A stretch of DNA of 64,000 nt from an archaeon. GTDB lineage: Archaea; Nanobdellota; Nanobdellia; Pacearchaeales; JAPDKA01. Every line of letters begins with the position of its first letter. The stretch's first letter is position 1. The DNA lies in NCBI GenBank assembly GCA_029258825.1, contig JAPDKA010000001.1:35548-99547 (forward strand), read 5' to 3'. This document shows, piece after piece, positions 1 through 10,904 of the stretch. The translations under genes were made by a program, and so were the position numbers. The notes beneath the pieces were generated by a model, which saw nothing but the letters and a program-made list of their open reading frames with translations, made no database searches and was not told the DNA's origin.

Positions 1-873
1 CTTTCTTAAGAGGGTACCATTTTTCAGGATTTAAAGATCCTAGAGGAAACTTATCTGTTGGCTTTGGTAATAAATCTTTTGGATTGCCCTCCAATTCACA
101 ATATTCCATAATTCTTTTTAATTCTTTTTCGGGATTTTTTAAAAAATTCTCTAATTTAACTACTAAACCTTTTTTTAGATACTCTAAGTCTCTCAAAGCA
201 ATCTTGTAAGTATTTCTCCAATGTTCGGCGGCCAATTTAACTTTTTCTTCTAATGGAAGGCTTCTTAAGTTTTCAGATATTGAATTTGAATAATCTCGAC
301 TTGCAACTCTCCAACAAATCGCATAAGGATTCCTCATAACAAGAATGAATTTTGCATCAGGGAATATTTTGTTCAAAAATCTTATTTTTAAGGAAAATAT
401 TTGTGATTTATCTAGGAATCTCGCTTTTTTTAAATTTATAGCGTAAGCTCTAATAAGATTTTTTATTATTTTTTTAAAAGTTTCTCCTTCTTTTTTCACA
501 TAATTTTTTTCATTCACATAATACTTCTTTACTAAATTATCTGTGGCGTACCCCCACCAGAATGCAGTCTTTCCGAAAATTTCTTCTTCTTTGTCTCTTC
601 CTTCTGGAAAGCTTGACAAACTCTTAGGAATTTTAGGTAAGAATGTTTGCAAACTTATCTCGTCTTGGTATGCCCAAAAATTTTTATTTCCTCTCATATG
701 AACGATAAAAGGATGTCTCTTTAGGCATCTAACAATTACCGATAAACCACCTCCCTGGACTCCTATAAAAAAAATAGGTTTATTCACTTTTATACTTTTA
801 AGAGGAATGTATAATCTTCTTAGTGTAAAATAGGGCAAAAGCTTCCAATATATTCTATTTAATAGTCCTAATA
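1..873 (-). CDS. sulfotransferase-family protein (partial, runs off the window edge)
   Basis: Reverse-strand ORF starts at ATG 871-873 (MKIKEVLGLLNRIYW), GGAGGG upstream, no stop before position 1. Has a P-loop-like GVQGGGLSVIVRCLKRHP and a VMRNPYAICWR (RNP) segment resembling the 5'-PSB/3'-PB motifs of Sulfotransfer_3. Not in the ORF track because it is truncated. Confidence 0.4.
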
Positions 874-885
874 CCTCTTTAATTT

Positions 886-2037
886 TCATTTTTCCCTCCA
901 AATCTTCTCGTAAAATTTTGTTATTTCTTTTGCATGTTTTTCCCAGGGGAACTTTTCTACCAATTTTCTTGCATTTTTACCCATTTTTTCAGCTTCTTTT
1001 GGATTATCATAAAAATATTTTATTTTTTCTTTTATTGCTTTGACATCTCTTATAGGAATTACAAATCCTTCTTTTCCGTCTCTTACTATAGAACCGCTGT
1101 TAAATGTTACAACTAGAGGCAATCCACTCGCCATAGCTTCATAAGTAACAAGCGCGGAACCTTCTTCTATTGAAGGGAAAACGAAAATATCTGAAATTTT
1201 ATAATATTTTTTAGGATCATCGTATCCTGTAAAGATTATTGATTTGCTTTTTTCATATCTTTTTACTATCTTTTTTGCATCTGAGCATATATTTCCAACA
1301 ATTATTAATTCAGCATTTTTTAATTTTAATTCGTCCCATGCCTTAAGTAAATAAGATATCCCCTTTCGTATAGTCACTTGTCCAACAAATAAAGCCCTAA
1401 ACTTGTGATCTTTTTTTTCTTTTACTGGAGGATATTTATCCAAATCTACTCCGAATGGGATTCTAATTAATTTTTCTTTTGGAAAATTATTTTCTAAAAA
1501 ACTTTTTTCGGCGAATTCTGAAGGAATTATTATATAATCTGCATTTTTTAGCTCCCATAAAACTCTCTCGAGCATTTTTTTTGAAAATACCTTTATTTCA
1601 ATGTTATACTTTTTATATTCTTCTTCTATAAGTTTTTTTTGAGTTAAGGGATGGGATGAAGCGTTTGTTACTATTATTTTTGCTCCCAATTTCCTAGCTT
1701 TAATTATTTGTTTTTTTGAAGTATTTCTCCAACCATGAAAGATGTCGCATTTTTCGATTTTTTTTGATGCCAATAAATCGAAACTTGAATCTATCCAGTA
1801 ATAAGAAAAAAATTTGTTTGAGATGTATTTTTCTATAAATCTTAATGGATATCTAAAAAAGTACTTATGAATTCTTATAGTCCTAACTATTTTTTTAGAG
1901 ATTTCACCCGGAAAATAATCCTCACAAATTATTTTTTTTACGTACCCTTTTTTAACGGCATCTAAGATTTGATTATAGGCTGTATTTCCAATGCCTCCTC
2001 CATTAAGAGTAACTCCAATAGAGTAAATTATTTCCAT
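886..2037 (-). CDS. glycosyltransferase family 1 (GT4-type)
   Basis: 383 aa; C-terminal EEGSALVTYEAMASGLPLVVT = GT1 E-x7-E motif region; GT-B architecture. Confidence 0.75.
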   Translation of the reverse strand: MEIIYSIGVTLNGGGIGNTAYNQILDAVKKGYVKKIICEDYFPGEISKKIVRTIRIHKYFFRYPLRFIEKYISNKFFSYYWIDSSFDLLASKKIEKCDIFHGWRNTSKKQIIKARKLGAKIIVTNASSHPLTQKKLIEEEYKKYNIEIKVFSKKMLERVLWELKNADYIIIPSEFAEKSFLENNFPKEKLIRIPFGVDLDKYPPVKEKKDHKFRALFVGQVTIRKGISYLLKAWDELKLKNAELIIVGNICSDAKKIVKRYEKSKSIIFTGYDDPKKYYKISDIFVFPSIEEGSALVTYEAMASGLPLVVTFNSGSIVRDGKEGFVIPIRDVKAIKEKIKYFYDNPKEAEKMGKNARKLVEKFPWEKHAKEITKFYEKIWREK

Positions 2038-2957
2038 TTTATTAAATGTTTATATTTATTTTTGTGTTTTTGTATTACTTCTGGAAAAGATTTATCTATT
2101 TTAACATATTTTATAGGATAATTCTTATTTATAAAATTAATTCCTTTATCGATTTTATTTTTTACTTCTTCTTTATTTTTAAGTTCATTTTTATCAAATT
2201 CGAAATGAGCAAAATTTTCTAACTTTTGTATTATTCTTTCAGCCCCTCCAAGATAAGAAAAGTGCCATCCGCCATCTTTAATTAGAATTTCTTTTTTTAG
2301 CATAGGTTTCATTCTAATTAAAGATAAAAATCTATAAATTATTTTCCAATTCCTTAAATAGTCCATTTTTTTAATTTTTTCTTTTAGTGTTTTGAATGTG
2401 CATGCTTTTGCACATTCCCATTTTTCTTCTGTCAATCCATTTAAATAATAATAGTACATTTTTTGTCTGAAACGAATTATCTTTTCTGGATTTTTCTCAA
2501 GAATTTTTTGAGCTTTTTTTATTGCTTCTTTTGAAAAAATTTCATCAGCATCTGAAAGTAAAATAATATCATAATCTTTAGCATTTTTAAGTCCATTTAT
2601 TAAATAATTCCTTTGTAAAGATTCAATCTTCCACCTTCCAAAGTTTATCTTTCTTAATATTTTTGAAATTATTTCCGATTTGACTTTTTTTTCAACAAAT
2701 CTTTCAAAACAATTTAAAAGTTCTTTTTTTGAAGGTCTATAAATTAAATGAATTATCTTATCACTCCACTTTTTATATCTTTTTTTATTTTTTTTATAAT
2801 AAAGTGGTTTTGGCTTTCCACTATGGGTAACTGTAGATTCACAAATAACAAAATAATCAACAGCATCATACAATTCGCTTAATCTAATTTCTAATAAATC
2901 AAGTTCATTAAAAAAGGGAAAACAATCATAAATCTTTGATTTATTTCTCTTTTTCAT
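2028..2957 (-). CDS. glycosyltransferase family 17-like (bisecting GlcNAc transferase-like)
   Basis: N-terminus CFPFFNELDLLEIRLSELYDAVDYFVICESTVTHSGKPKPL matches the Glyco_transf_17 signature (F-NE-D-L-RL...VD-FV-E...G-PKPL); overlaps neighbouring GT genes by a few bp (operon). Confidence 0.55.
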   Translation of the reverse strand: MKKRNKSKIYDCFPFFNELDLLEIRLSELYDAVDYFVICESTVTHSGKPKPLYYKKNKKRYKKWSDKIIHLIYRPSKKELLNCFERFVEKKVKSEIISKILRKINFGRWKIESLQRNYLINGLKNAKDYDIILLSDADEIFSKEAIKKAQKILEKNPEKIIRFRQKMYYYYLNGLTEEKWECAKACTFKTLKEKIKKMDYLRNWKIIYRFLSLIRMKPMLKKEILIKDGGWHFSYLGGAERIIQKLENFAHFEFDKNELKNKEEVKNKIDKGINFINKNYPIKYVKIDKSFPEVIQKHKNKYKHLIKWK

Positions 2958-4098
2958 TTGTTATTGCTCTTAAATATTTTTTTCCCCAATTTTCTATTGA
3001 AAATTCTTTTATTTTTTTAAAATTATTTTTTATTATTTTTGTTTTTATTTTTTTATCTTTTAATAGTCTCAAGATCTCTTTTGCTTCTTTTTTTCTAAAA
3101 TTTTTAATAATTAATCCATTTCTTTTATTTTTTATTATTTCTTGATTCGAATCTTCTGAACAAATTGGAATAACTCCAGAGGCCATCGCCTCCGCGAGAG
3201 TTAAAATAGGGGCTCCTCCCTCATATCTAGAAAAACAAAAGAAAATATCTGAAATTGCATAATAATCTGCTAATTCGTCTCTTTTAAGAACAGGAAAATA
3301 TAATACATTTTTTCCTAATTCTTTAATTAATTTAAGATTTTTAGAATTTTTTTCTGGCCCAACAACAATTAACATAAAATTAGGATTTAATTTTAAAATT
3401 TCTTTGGAGATTTTTATTGTTCTGTCCAACCCTTTTCGCCAAAAACCCCCTCTACCAACATAAAGTCCGTAAATTTTATTATTATCTAATTTTAATTTTT
3501 TTAGAATCTTTTTTTTATTTCTTGGTTTAAATTTAAATATATCAACACTACTACGAATAACAATATTTCTTTTTTTTGTCTTATATAAATTATTTATTTC
3601 TTTTTTTACATGTTCTGATACGGAAATAATAGCATCTGCCTTTTTTGTAGGTGGTTTTTCAAGAAAATATCCTAAAACCATATAGAATAATGCTCCCAAC
3701 TTCTCGATAAAATTCTTTCTAGATAAATGGCACTTATAGAAATAATATGCTACTCCATGATAAGTATTTGTAACGTAGCAGGAGGGCTTGAAATATTTGA
3801 GATAGTATCCTGCCATTGCTTGACTATTAATATAATCTACATTTTTAATAGTTTTCAAAATTTTTGTAACTTTTTTAGCATATTTTATTATATTAAATGG
3901 AAAAATTTTCCCAGTCTTTATTTCTATCAATTCTATATCATTCTCTTTAAAATGTTTATTTTCTTTTCCCGGATATAAAACAAGTATTTTAAATTTCTTT
4001 TTTGATTTTTTCAAATATTTAAGAAAGTTCTTTACATATATATTTGTTCCTCCCAAAAACTGCCAATGGGAATCTAAAATAAAACAAATTGTTTTCAT
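2941..4098 (-). CDS. glycosyltransferase family 1
   Basis: 385 aa; RYEGGAPILTLAEAMASGVIPI motif region typical of GT1/GT4. Confidence 0.75.
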   Translation of the reverse strand: MKTICFILDSHWQFLGGTNIYVKNFLKYLKKSKKKFKILVLYPGKENKHFKENDIELIEIKTGKIFPFNIIKYAKKVTKILKTIKNVDYINSQAMAGYYLKYFKPSCYVTNTYHGVAYYFYKCHLSRKNFIEKLGALFYMVLGYFLEKPPTKKADAIISVSEHVKKEINNLYKTKKRNIVIRSSVDIFKFKPRNKKKILKKLKLDNNKIYGLYVGRGGFWRKGLDRTIKISKEILKLNPNFMLIVVGPEKNSKNLKLIKELGKNVLYFPVLKRDELADYYAISDIFFCFSRYEGGAPILTLAEAMASGVIPICSEDSNQEIIKNKRNGLIIKNFRKKEAKEILRLLKDKKIKTKIIKNNFKKIKEFSIENWGKKYLRAITNEKEK

Positions 4099-4149
4099 AA
4101 TAACTACAAATGCCGAATATTTTAAAAAGTTTTAGTTTATTAAAAGATT

Positions 4150-5097
4150 ATGGTTAAAACAAGTATTATCATACCTGTAAAAAATGATGTGTCTATTTAT
4201 AACTGTATTAATTCTATTTTAAAACAAATTAGGTCTAAAAAAGATAGAGAAGTGATAATTGTTAATGATAAAAATTCTGAGGAAGAATTCTCTAAAAATT
4301 TAAAAAAGTTTTGTAAAGAAAAGAAAATAAAATATATTAAAGGGGAAAAACCTGGAGCAGCATTTAATAGAAATAAAGGAATGGCTATTGCAAAAGGAGA
4401 GAATATCCTTTTTATAGATTCTGATTGCATTGCAGGACCAAATTGGATAAAAAAAATGGAAGATTCATTAAAAGATTATGATATTGTTGAAGGAGCTATA
4501 ATTTATAATTCTCAAGAGAGACCTTTATTTGATCGGGTAATAGAAAATAAAGAAACCCCATATCGATTTTTAACAGCGAATTTAGGAATAAAAAAAGCGG
4601 TAGCAAAGAAATGCTCATTTGATGAAAGATTTATTGTGTTTAGAGAAGATACAGATTTTGGATTATGCGCTTTAGAAAAAGGTTTTAAATCTTTTTTTAA
4701 TAAAGAAGCTAAAGTCTTTCATAAAAAATCCAGGTTTTCTATTAGGGAATTTATTTTTGAAAGAAAAAGATTTATAGGAGATCCTCTTTTATTCAAGAAA
4801 CATCGTTCAAATAAGTTATTAAAAAAACACATTCCAATAATTTGTAGAATTTCTTATCCTTTAGAGCTAATTCTTTTAATTTTTATTTTTATTTCAATAT
4901 TTTTATCATGGAAACTTTTTTTAGTTGCTTATTTTTTCCCTGGAATAATTTATTCTTTAAAAAAATATCTCATAGATAAAAGAACTTTCAAAATTAAGGA
5001 TACTTTTTTAGTAATTTTACTTATTCCCTTAACGATGATTGTTAAAAGAATTTCTATTTGGAGAGGATCTATCAAATTTAAAGTTTTACTTATCTAA
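4150..5097 (+). CDS. glycosyltransferase family 2 with C-terminal transmembrane segments
   Basis: IIIPVKNDVSIYNCINSILKQ N-terminal GT-A fold; FIDSDC DxD motif; hydrophobic C-terminus (ILLIFIFISIFLSWKLFLVAYFFPGIIY). Confidence 0.7.
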   Translation: MVKTSIIIPVKNDVSIYNCINSILKQIRSKKDREVIIVNDKNSEEEFSKNLKKFCKEKKIKYIKGEKPGAAFNRNKGMAIAKGENILFIDSDCIAGPNWIKKMEDSLKDYDIVEGAIIYNSQERPLFDRVIENKETPYRFLTANLGIKKAVAKKCSFDERFIVFREDTDFGLCALEKGFKSFFNKEAKVFHKKSRFSIREFIFERKRFIGDPLLFKKHRSNKLLKKHIPIICRISYPLELILLIFIFISIFLSWKLFLVAYFFPGIIYSLKKYLIDKRTFKIKDTFLVILLIPLTMIVKRISIWRGSIKFKVLLI

Positions 5098-5158
5098 ATT
5101 ATTTCTAGTCTGAGAATTTTTCATTTTCTATGTAAATCGTTCTGGAAAACATTCTCCA

Positions 5159-6280
5159 TCATCCTAAAGCTTCTTCGTAGATTTTTTTTAATTTTTTATT
5201 TCTTTTTTTAATAGAAAATTGCCCATTTTTAATTTCTTCTATGCAATTTTTAGCCATTTTTTTTAATAATCTCTCACTTTCGATTAATCTCCTTGTTTTT
5301 TGAATCATTTTTTGTATAATTTCTTTTTCTTTTTTATTGAGAGATTCTCTTTTTAAATCATAGACATTTGAATAAGGGATAATAAATCCTGTTTTGCTAT
5401 CTTTAATTATCTCTTCTCGAGATTCTTTATTTACAGTTACTATTGGGATTCCAAAACTCATAGCTTCTAAAAATGCAAAACCAAAACTATCTGAATATCC
5501 TGGATAGATAAGTATATGAGACTTTTCATACAACTTAAATAGTTCTTGTTGCGGAATTAAAGGATAAAAACTAATTTTCTTATTTTTTGAATATTTCTTT
5601 TGTATTCTATCAGGTATTGAAGATACAAAAATTCCATAAACATTTTCGTATTTTCTGGTTAATTCATTAATGACTTCTAACGCATGTAATCCCCCTTTTT
5701 GATAGAAATATCTCGCAGAAAAAATAAGATTTATTCTTTCTTTTGGTTTTCTTTTCACTCTTTTTTTGAAAGGAACCGCAGGATAAACCACTTCAATTTT
5801 CTCTTTAATTTCTTTTTCTGGAAAGAATTTTAAGATTTGTTCTTTGACTGTATTTGTCCACGGCATTATTTTTTTACAATATTTTCTCATCAATATTCTT
5901 CTGACAGTATTAATGCTTAATTTAGTTTGTTTTCCTATCCAAAATTGCCATATCCCCTCAAAATCAGCAACCCAAGGTTTTTTATTTAAACTTAAACAAT
6001 GAGCACAGTGAATTAAATCATATTCTTGGTTTGTTGTTGTTAAATGAACATTTGGAATTGATAAGTGCAATTCGGTTAATGTTTGTCTTATTACTTTTTT
6101 TAATTTATTTACAAAAGTAAATTTTCTTTTCGAAATTATAACATCAGGTTTTTCCTTTTTTACATTAACATACTCTATTTCTTTTGGAGGATATTCTATT
6201 AAATATTTATAATAAGGGGAATCTTTGAATCTCCATGGATATTGAAGGAATATTTTCATTTGAAAATTTTTTCTAAACAT
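5159..6280 (-). CDS. glycosyltransferase family 1
   Basis: SDSFGFAFLEAMSFGIPIVTV GT1 motif; 373 aa. Confidence 0.7.
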   Translation of the reverse strand: MFRKNFQMKIFLQYPWRFKDSPYYKYLIEYPPKEIEYVNVKKEKPDVIISKRKFTFVNKLKKVIRQTLTELHLSIPNVHLTTTNQEYDLIHCAHCLSLNKKPWVADFEGIWQFWIGKQTKLSINTVRRILMRKYCKKIMPWTNTVKEQILKFFPEKEIKEKIEVVYPAVPFKKRVKRKPKERINLIFSARYFYQKGGLHALEVINELTRKYENVYGIFVSSIPDRIQKKYSKNKKISFYPLIPQQELFKLYEKSHILIYPGYSDSFGFAFLEAMSFGIPIVTVNKESREEIIKDSKTGFIIPYSNVYDLKRESLNKKEKEIIQKMIQKTRRLIESERLLKKMAKNCIEEIKNGQFSIKKRNKKLKKIYEEALG

Positions 6281-7389
6281 TTAATAAAATTTTCCAATTT
6301 TATTTTTGGTTTATTTTTTATTTTGATTTTTAGTATATTTACTAAAGCCTTTAATATTTCTTTTTTTAAATTTTTGTTTTCTTTTATCCAAATTACATGA
6401 TATTTATTATTTTTTATCAAATTTACATAACCCCCTTTATCAACAGCTATTAAAGGTTTACCACAAGCTAGAAACTCGAAAGGAACGATACCAAAATCCT
6501 CCATAAAAGGAATAAAAATTCCTGCTAAACAATTAGCATAAAGTTTCATTAAATCCTTATCACTGACATTTGTTTTTATTTCAACATTTGGAATTTTTTC
6601 TGCCATTTTTTTAACTTTATTAAAATACTTTCTATTTTCTATACTCCCAACTAAAATAAGCTTATATTGAAAGTGTTCTTTAACAAATTTTTTCCAAACT
6701 TCAAGTAAGATATCTTGTCTTTTATTATAATTAAACCTTGCAACATACAAAAAATAATTTCCTCTTTTTGTCTTTAATTTTTTAAATTTTTCAACATTAA
6801 CAGAGGGATAAACAACATAAATTTTTTTTCTTTCCAACAGACCATGCTTTTTAGCTCTCTCTAAGCTTAATTCGCTATTAAAAATAACAACATCTATTCT
6901 TTTCCATGCTAATTTTTCAAGAATTCTATAAATTTTTACAGCTATTAAATAAATAATTTTAACTAAGGGATTTTTAAACCTATACTTTAAATTCCACTTA
7001 ACGTCATCTTCATAAGCTGCTCTCAAAATTGTATGCACATAAGCATAAGTTTTTCCTGGTTTGTAATTTCTAAAAGTTATTAATTCTGCCAATCCGGCAG
7101 TTGAAATCAAAAAAATATCATATTTTTTAAGAGGGATTTTTGAAAATAAAGAAATAAAAAAAAACAACCCTCTTAAAATATAAAACCTCGCAAAATATTT
7201 TACCCATGTTGGAGCTATAACCTTAATCTTAAATTTCTTAAATTCGTCAAAAGTATTAGCCTTATCATACACCCATGTATAAATATCTACTTTATGCTCT
7301 GTATTTTTGGCAAATTCTAAAATAACTCTCTCTGCGCCACCTTTACTTTTTATCCAGGGATGAAATAAAGCAATTTTTAGTGGACACAT
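6256..7389 (-). CDS. glycosyltransferase family 1
   Basis: EDFGIVPFEFLACGKPLIAVDKGG GT1 motif; 377 aa; overlaps downstream GT by 25 bp. Confidence 0.7.
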   Translation of the reverse strand: MCPLKIALFHPWIKSKGGAERVILEFAKNTEHKVDIYTWVYDKANTFDEFKKFKIKVIAPTWVKYFARFYILRGLFFFISLFSKIPLKKYDIFLISTAGLAELITFRNYKPGKTYAYVHTILRAAYEDDVKWNLKYRFKNPLVKIIYLIAVKIYRILEKLAWKRIDVVIFNSELSLERAKKHGLLERKKIYVVYPSVNVEKFKKLKTKRGNYFLYVARFNYNKRQDILLEVWKKFVKEHFQYKLILVGSIENRKYFNKVKKMAEKIPNVEIKTNVSDKDLMKLYANCLAGIFIPFMEDFGIVPFEFLACGKPLIAVDKGGYVNLIKNNKYHVIWIKENKNLKKEILKALVNILKIKIKNKPKIKLENFIKCLEKIFK

Positions 7390-7473
7390 TTCATTTTTGG
7401 TTTAATTTTTGTTATGTATTTAATTATTAACTCTTGATACTTTAACATTTTTAAACCTTGCTCGGAAGCAAAA

Positions 7474-10194
7474 CTAAGAAGTAAATTGCAAACCATCGAG
7501 TTCTGCCCACTCTCCTCGTGTCTTTACAAACTCTGGTCTAGCGATAATGCTATCCGGATAGTTAATTTTCCATATTTTGATTGGACCTCTTAAACCATAA
7601 TAATTAAGTAAATCGCTACTAAATGGCTGCTGCTGTTTTATAGCTTCAATAACAGGATCTTGTTGACTATGCACCAATACAAATGCATCTTTATATTGAT
7701 TAAGTAAAGTGCCATTAAACAAATAAAGCTGTGCAAATAAACTATTAAATACTTTACTGCTCAACCATAAAGCCGATCCTATTGTTTTTAGCTTATTATT
7801 TTGTATAGATGGAATAATATATAGACAACCGTCCAGCATTGTTTGATTACTTGTAAAGCTGTACAGTTGTCCATTAAGCCAAACCTTAGCAATAGGTATT
7901 TTTATCTGTTTGTCTTTGAATATGACAACAGCATATGGTTGTTGTATGCTTCCATTTCTTGTTACAGGCATAACAAAACCTGCAATAACTGCCTTCTGCT
8001 TTGGAATAAGTATTGAATTATAAACAAAATCATCATCAAGCAATGTTCCACCAACATAAACATAATAAGTTGCATTAGCAGTTTCGTAGGTTTGCTTTTC
8101 ATCAAGATTAAATGTTGTAATCCAACTAAATCTGTCTTCCCCTGTTTCGTCACTACCGATCTTGCTATATGCAGAGTATTTCCCTATATCTGTTGGATCG
8201 ATAAGCAAGTAACTCACATTGTGAGACTTCATAAAGCTTAATGCTGTTTCCGGATTCGGAGTTGTTAATACATAACGGCCAATTAAGTGGTCCCAATAAC
8301 CAACAGCGTGACCTCCATCAGTTACGGCTGGACGTTGTCCTAAATATTCAACCCAGTAACCATAATCCCACCAGTGTACAAAAATAGCATCCTGTTGCGT
8401 GTTATTTCTAACCCATGCCATAGCCTTCTGCCATTGTAAATTAGCAGAAGGTGCTGTATGTTTAGCTTGTAATTTACTAGAACTAACAAAATCTGCAAAG
8501 CTAATAAGCAGGCCTATAACAGTAAATACAACCACAATCCACAATAAAATTTTAGCTAATTCGTCTTTATTAGTTTTTGCGTAATCAAAAACCTTCACTA
8601 TGAAAAAGCTTGCAGAAAAACAAACAAGAGGTGTAATAACAAAAAACAACCTGATTGCACCCCTAGCAGAGATTAGCATGAAGAATGCCCAACTAGCAAT
8701 GATAGCGAGTGATGTGTTTAACTTGATATCATCTTTGAAATACACCCATACAGCGTATGCTAAAAATACAACTAAGCCGAAAAAATAAACAAACTGGCTT
8801 ATTGCATTTTCACCATTTAGTACAGCTCTCGCTGAAATCCTACTGAAAATTAAGCAAGCAAGCATGATTAGCCAGACTAAAGAAAAAGCTATCTTGTTTT
8901 TGTTTTGTTTAATTAGCTTAGCAATCTCTATGCCTATTACAAACATACCAGCAAAAAATAACCAGAAAAACAACTTACCTGTTTGAGCAATCCAATCAAC
9001 AAGATATGGTTGTTGGTTTTCTGCAACAGTCAAACTAACTCTTCCTAAACCAAAAGGATGAAGCAACCTCAACTTAATATCGCTCAATATTGTAATTGGA
9101 TTTTTGCCAGCCATAGCTAAAAGTGAAAAACCAATAACTAGTGTGATAATAAAAGAAATTATAGGCCTGTATTGTTCAAGATTGCCAAGATTGCCTTTAT
9201 TCTTGCGATTTAATAAAAAATAATCAATAACAGTAAAAACAAACACAAAACCAGTTAACATAACATTAGAGCCAAGTAAAATCTTGTTAAGAGTAACACT
9301 AAAAGAATAACCATAAAGTTTTGTAATAACTATGCTAAATAACAACCATGAAGCATAAAAAATTAGCAGCCTCTTGTTTAAATCGGATTTAATTGTGCGT
9401 TTAGGTTGATTGATTACAAGCCAGATCAATAAAAAACTAAGTGGAATTATCATAAATACAAAATTAGCAATACCCCCCCAACTAGCAATTGTAAATGATG
9501 ATAAAATTGCTAAAGCAAAACCAAGCACAATACTAAACCAAACTTGAGAAATTTGAGCTTTATTTTTAATTTGTTTATTTATAATTACATCGATAAATAC
9601 AGCATAACAAAGTAAAGTTAAAAAAAATGCAAACATACCTATTGCTTCGTGATCAGAAAAACCTGCCATGGTTCTGTAAAGATAAGCAGGACTAAAGCTA
9701 AGAAAAGCTGTGCTAAGTAATGCTATTAACTTTGATTTTGTCAAATACATAATAAGAAAGAAAAATACAAACATACCTAAAACAAAAAATATGACTGGTA
9801 ATATAACATCAACGAATTCTATAGTTATATCTTTATCAAAAGTGCTCAACAGCTTATAGAAAAAAACAATTGCACGAGGCATTATTTCATGGGTAAAGCC
9901 AACTTTAGCGGCAGGATAACGCATAGCATCATAATCAGGTAAAGAACCATTAAGCATAAGTTTAGCTACCCTCAAGAAATAGAACGGATCTAATGCAAGA
10001 GGAATATATTTATTGGTGGTTACATCTTTAAGCAAAGGTAAATTAAGTAATCTTATATAACATGCAAAAATAAGAATAAAAAGCAAAGCTATAACAAGTA
10101 ATATATTCGCTAATTTTTTATTTTTAAAAATAGTAACGATGCTATGTTTTACTTTTTCTTGCTTGATATTTTGTGTATTTTCGCTTTGCTGCAT
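7474..10194 (-). CDS. aglB: archaeal oligosaccharyltransferase AglB (STT3 family)
   Basis: 906 aa, ~13 N-terminal TM helices, catalytic WWDYGYW motif (HWWDYGYWVEYLG), large C-terminal soluble domain; terminates with TAG. Confidence 0.9.
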   Translation of the reverse strand: MQQSENTQNIKQEKVKHSIVTIFKNKKLANILLVIALLFILIFACYIRLLNLPLLKDVTTNKYIPLALDPFYFLRVAKLMLNGSLPDYDAMRYPAAKVGFTHEIMPRAIVFFYKLLSTFDKDITIEFVDVILPVIFFVLGMFVFFFLIMYLTKSKLIALLSTAFLSFSPAYLYRTMAGFSDHEAIGMFAFFLTLLCYAVFIDVIINKQIKNKAQISQVWFSIVLGFALAILSSFTIASWGGIANFVFMIIPLSFLLIWLVINQPKRTIKSDLNKRLLIFYASWLLFSIVITKLYGYSFSVTLNKILLGSNVMLTGFVFVFTVIDYFLLNRKNKGNLGNLEQYRPIISFIITLVIGFSLLAMAGKNPITILSDIKLRLLHPFGLGRVSLTVAENQQPYLVDWIAQTGKLFFWLFFAGMFVIGIEIAKLIKQNKNKIAFSLVWLIMLACLIFSRISARAVLNGENAISQFVYFFGLVVFLAYAVWVYFKDDIKLNTSLAIIASWAFFMLISARGAIRLFFVITPLVCFSASFFIVKVFDYAKTNKDELAKILLWIVVVFTVIGLLISFADFVSSSKLQAKHTAPSANLQWQKAMAWVRNNTQQDAIFVHWWDYGYWVEYLGQRPAVTDGGHAVGYWDHLIGRYVLTTPNPETALSFMKSHNVSYLLIDPTDIGKYSAYSKIGSDETGEDRFSWITTFNLDEKQTYETANATYYVYVGGTLLDDDFVYNSILIPKQKAVIAGFVMPVTRNGSIQQPYAVVIFKDKQIKIPIAKVWLNGQLYSFTSNQTMLDGCLYIIPSIQNNKLKTIGSALWLSSKVFNSLFAQLYLFNGTLLNQYKDAFVLVHSQQDPVIEAIKQQQPFSSDLLNYYGLRGPIKIWKINYPDSIIARPEFVKTRGEWAELDGLQFTS

Positions 10195-10231
10195 GTTTAA
10201 ACAACAAATAACTAATTTTAAAATTTTTGCT

Positions 10232-10747
10232 TTAAAGTACTTGCTGCTCTAATAGCTGTCTAAAAACTAACTTGAAATCTGGACAAAATTTTTCTTGATG
10301 TTCTTGTAGCATTAGTTTCAACTTGTCTAAAGGCACAAACATGCCGGAAGCAACTTCATGTGTATTGATTTTTGGCTCTTGATCAATATTGTATGCTATA
10401 AATACAGCTGCAAATTCATACATGTTTTCTTTACAAGGAGGAAAAACCTTGATAAGCTTGAGCTGTTGTGGTTTTAAGTCTATACCAAGTTCTTCTTTAA
10501 TCTCACGTAAGGCTGCCTGCTCGTAAGACTCGCCTATATCAACATGGCCACCTACACTAAAACCAAATAAACCAGGATAAATATCTTTATTTAATGCTCG
10601 TTGCTGAATAAACAACTCGTTCTTGCTGTTAAACAACAATATTTGTACAGATCTGTGATAAAGCTTCCTTTGATGTATCACGCTGCGTTTCTCTATACCT
10701 ATAACATTATTATTTTCATCAACAATTTCAAGCAATTCGTCGTCCAT
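10232..10747 (-). CDS. NUDIX hydrolase
   Basis: Nudix box GGHVDIGESYEQAALREIKEELGI (GX5EX7REUXEEXGU). Confidence 0.7.
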   Translation of the reverse strand: MDDELLEIVDENNNVIGIEKRSVIHQRKLYHRSVQILLFNSKNELFIQQRALNKDIYPGLFGFSVGGHVDIGESYEQAALREIKEELGIDLKPQQLKLIKVFPPCKENMYEFAAVFIAYNIDQEPKINTHEVASGMFVPLDKLKLMLQEHQEKFCPDFKLVFRQLLEQQVL

Positions 10748-10774
10748 ATTAAGCTATGAAGTTTAATGAAAAAA

Positions 10775-10846
10775 TGCGCCGGCCGGGATTCGAACCCGGG
10801 TCACCGGCTTGGAAGGCCGGGGTCCTAACCACTAGACTACCGGCGC
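10775..10846 (-). tRNA. tRNA-Gly (anticodon UCC)
   Basis: Reverse complement folds as a cloverleaf: acceptor GCGCCGG/CCGGCGC, anticodon stem CCGGC-loop CUUCCAA-GCCGG, T-loop GGGUUCGAAUCCCGG, discriminator A. GC-rich island in AT-rich DNA. Confidence 0.85.
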
Positions 10847-10904
10847 GCAACTAAGAAATAATGCGGTGAAGAGTTTTTAAAATTTATCAATAAGCAATAA
10901 AAAA

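Noticed and set aside
934-4430. Small ORFs antisense to glycosyltransferase genes (934-1116, 2936-3145, 3727-3978, 4197-4430)
   Set aside because: F/I/L/S-rich reflections of K/N/E-rich GT coding sequence. No start signals. Fully embedded in well-supported genes.
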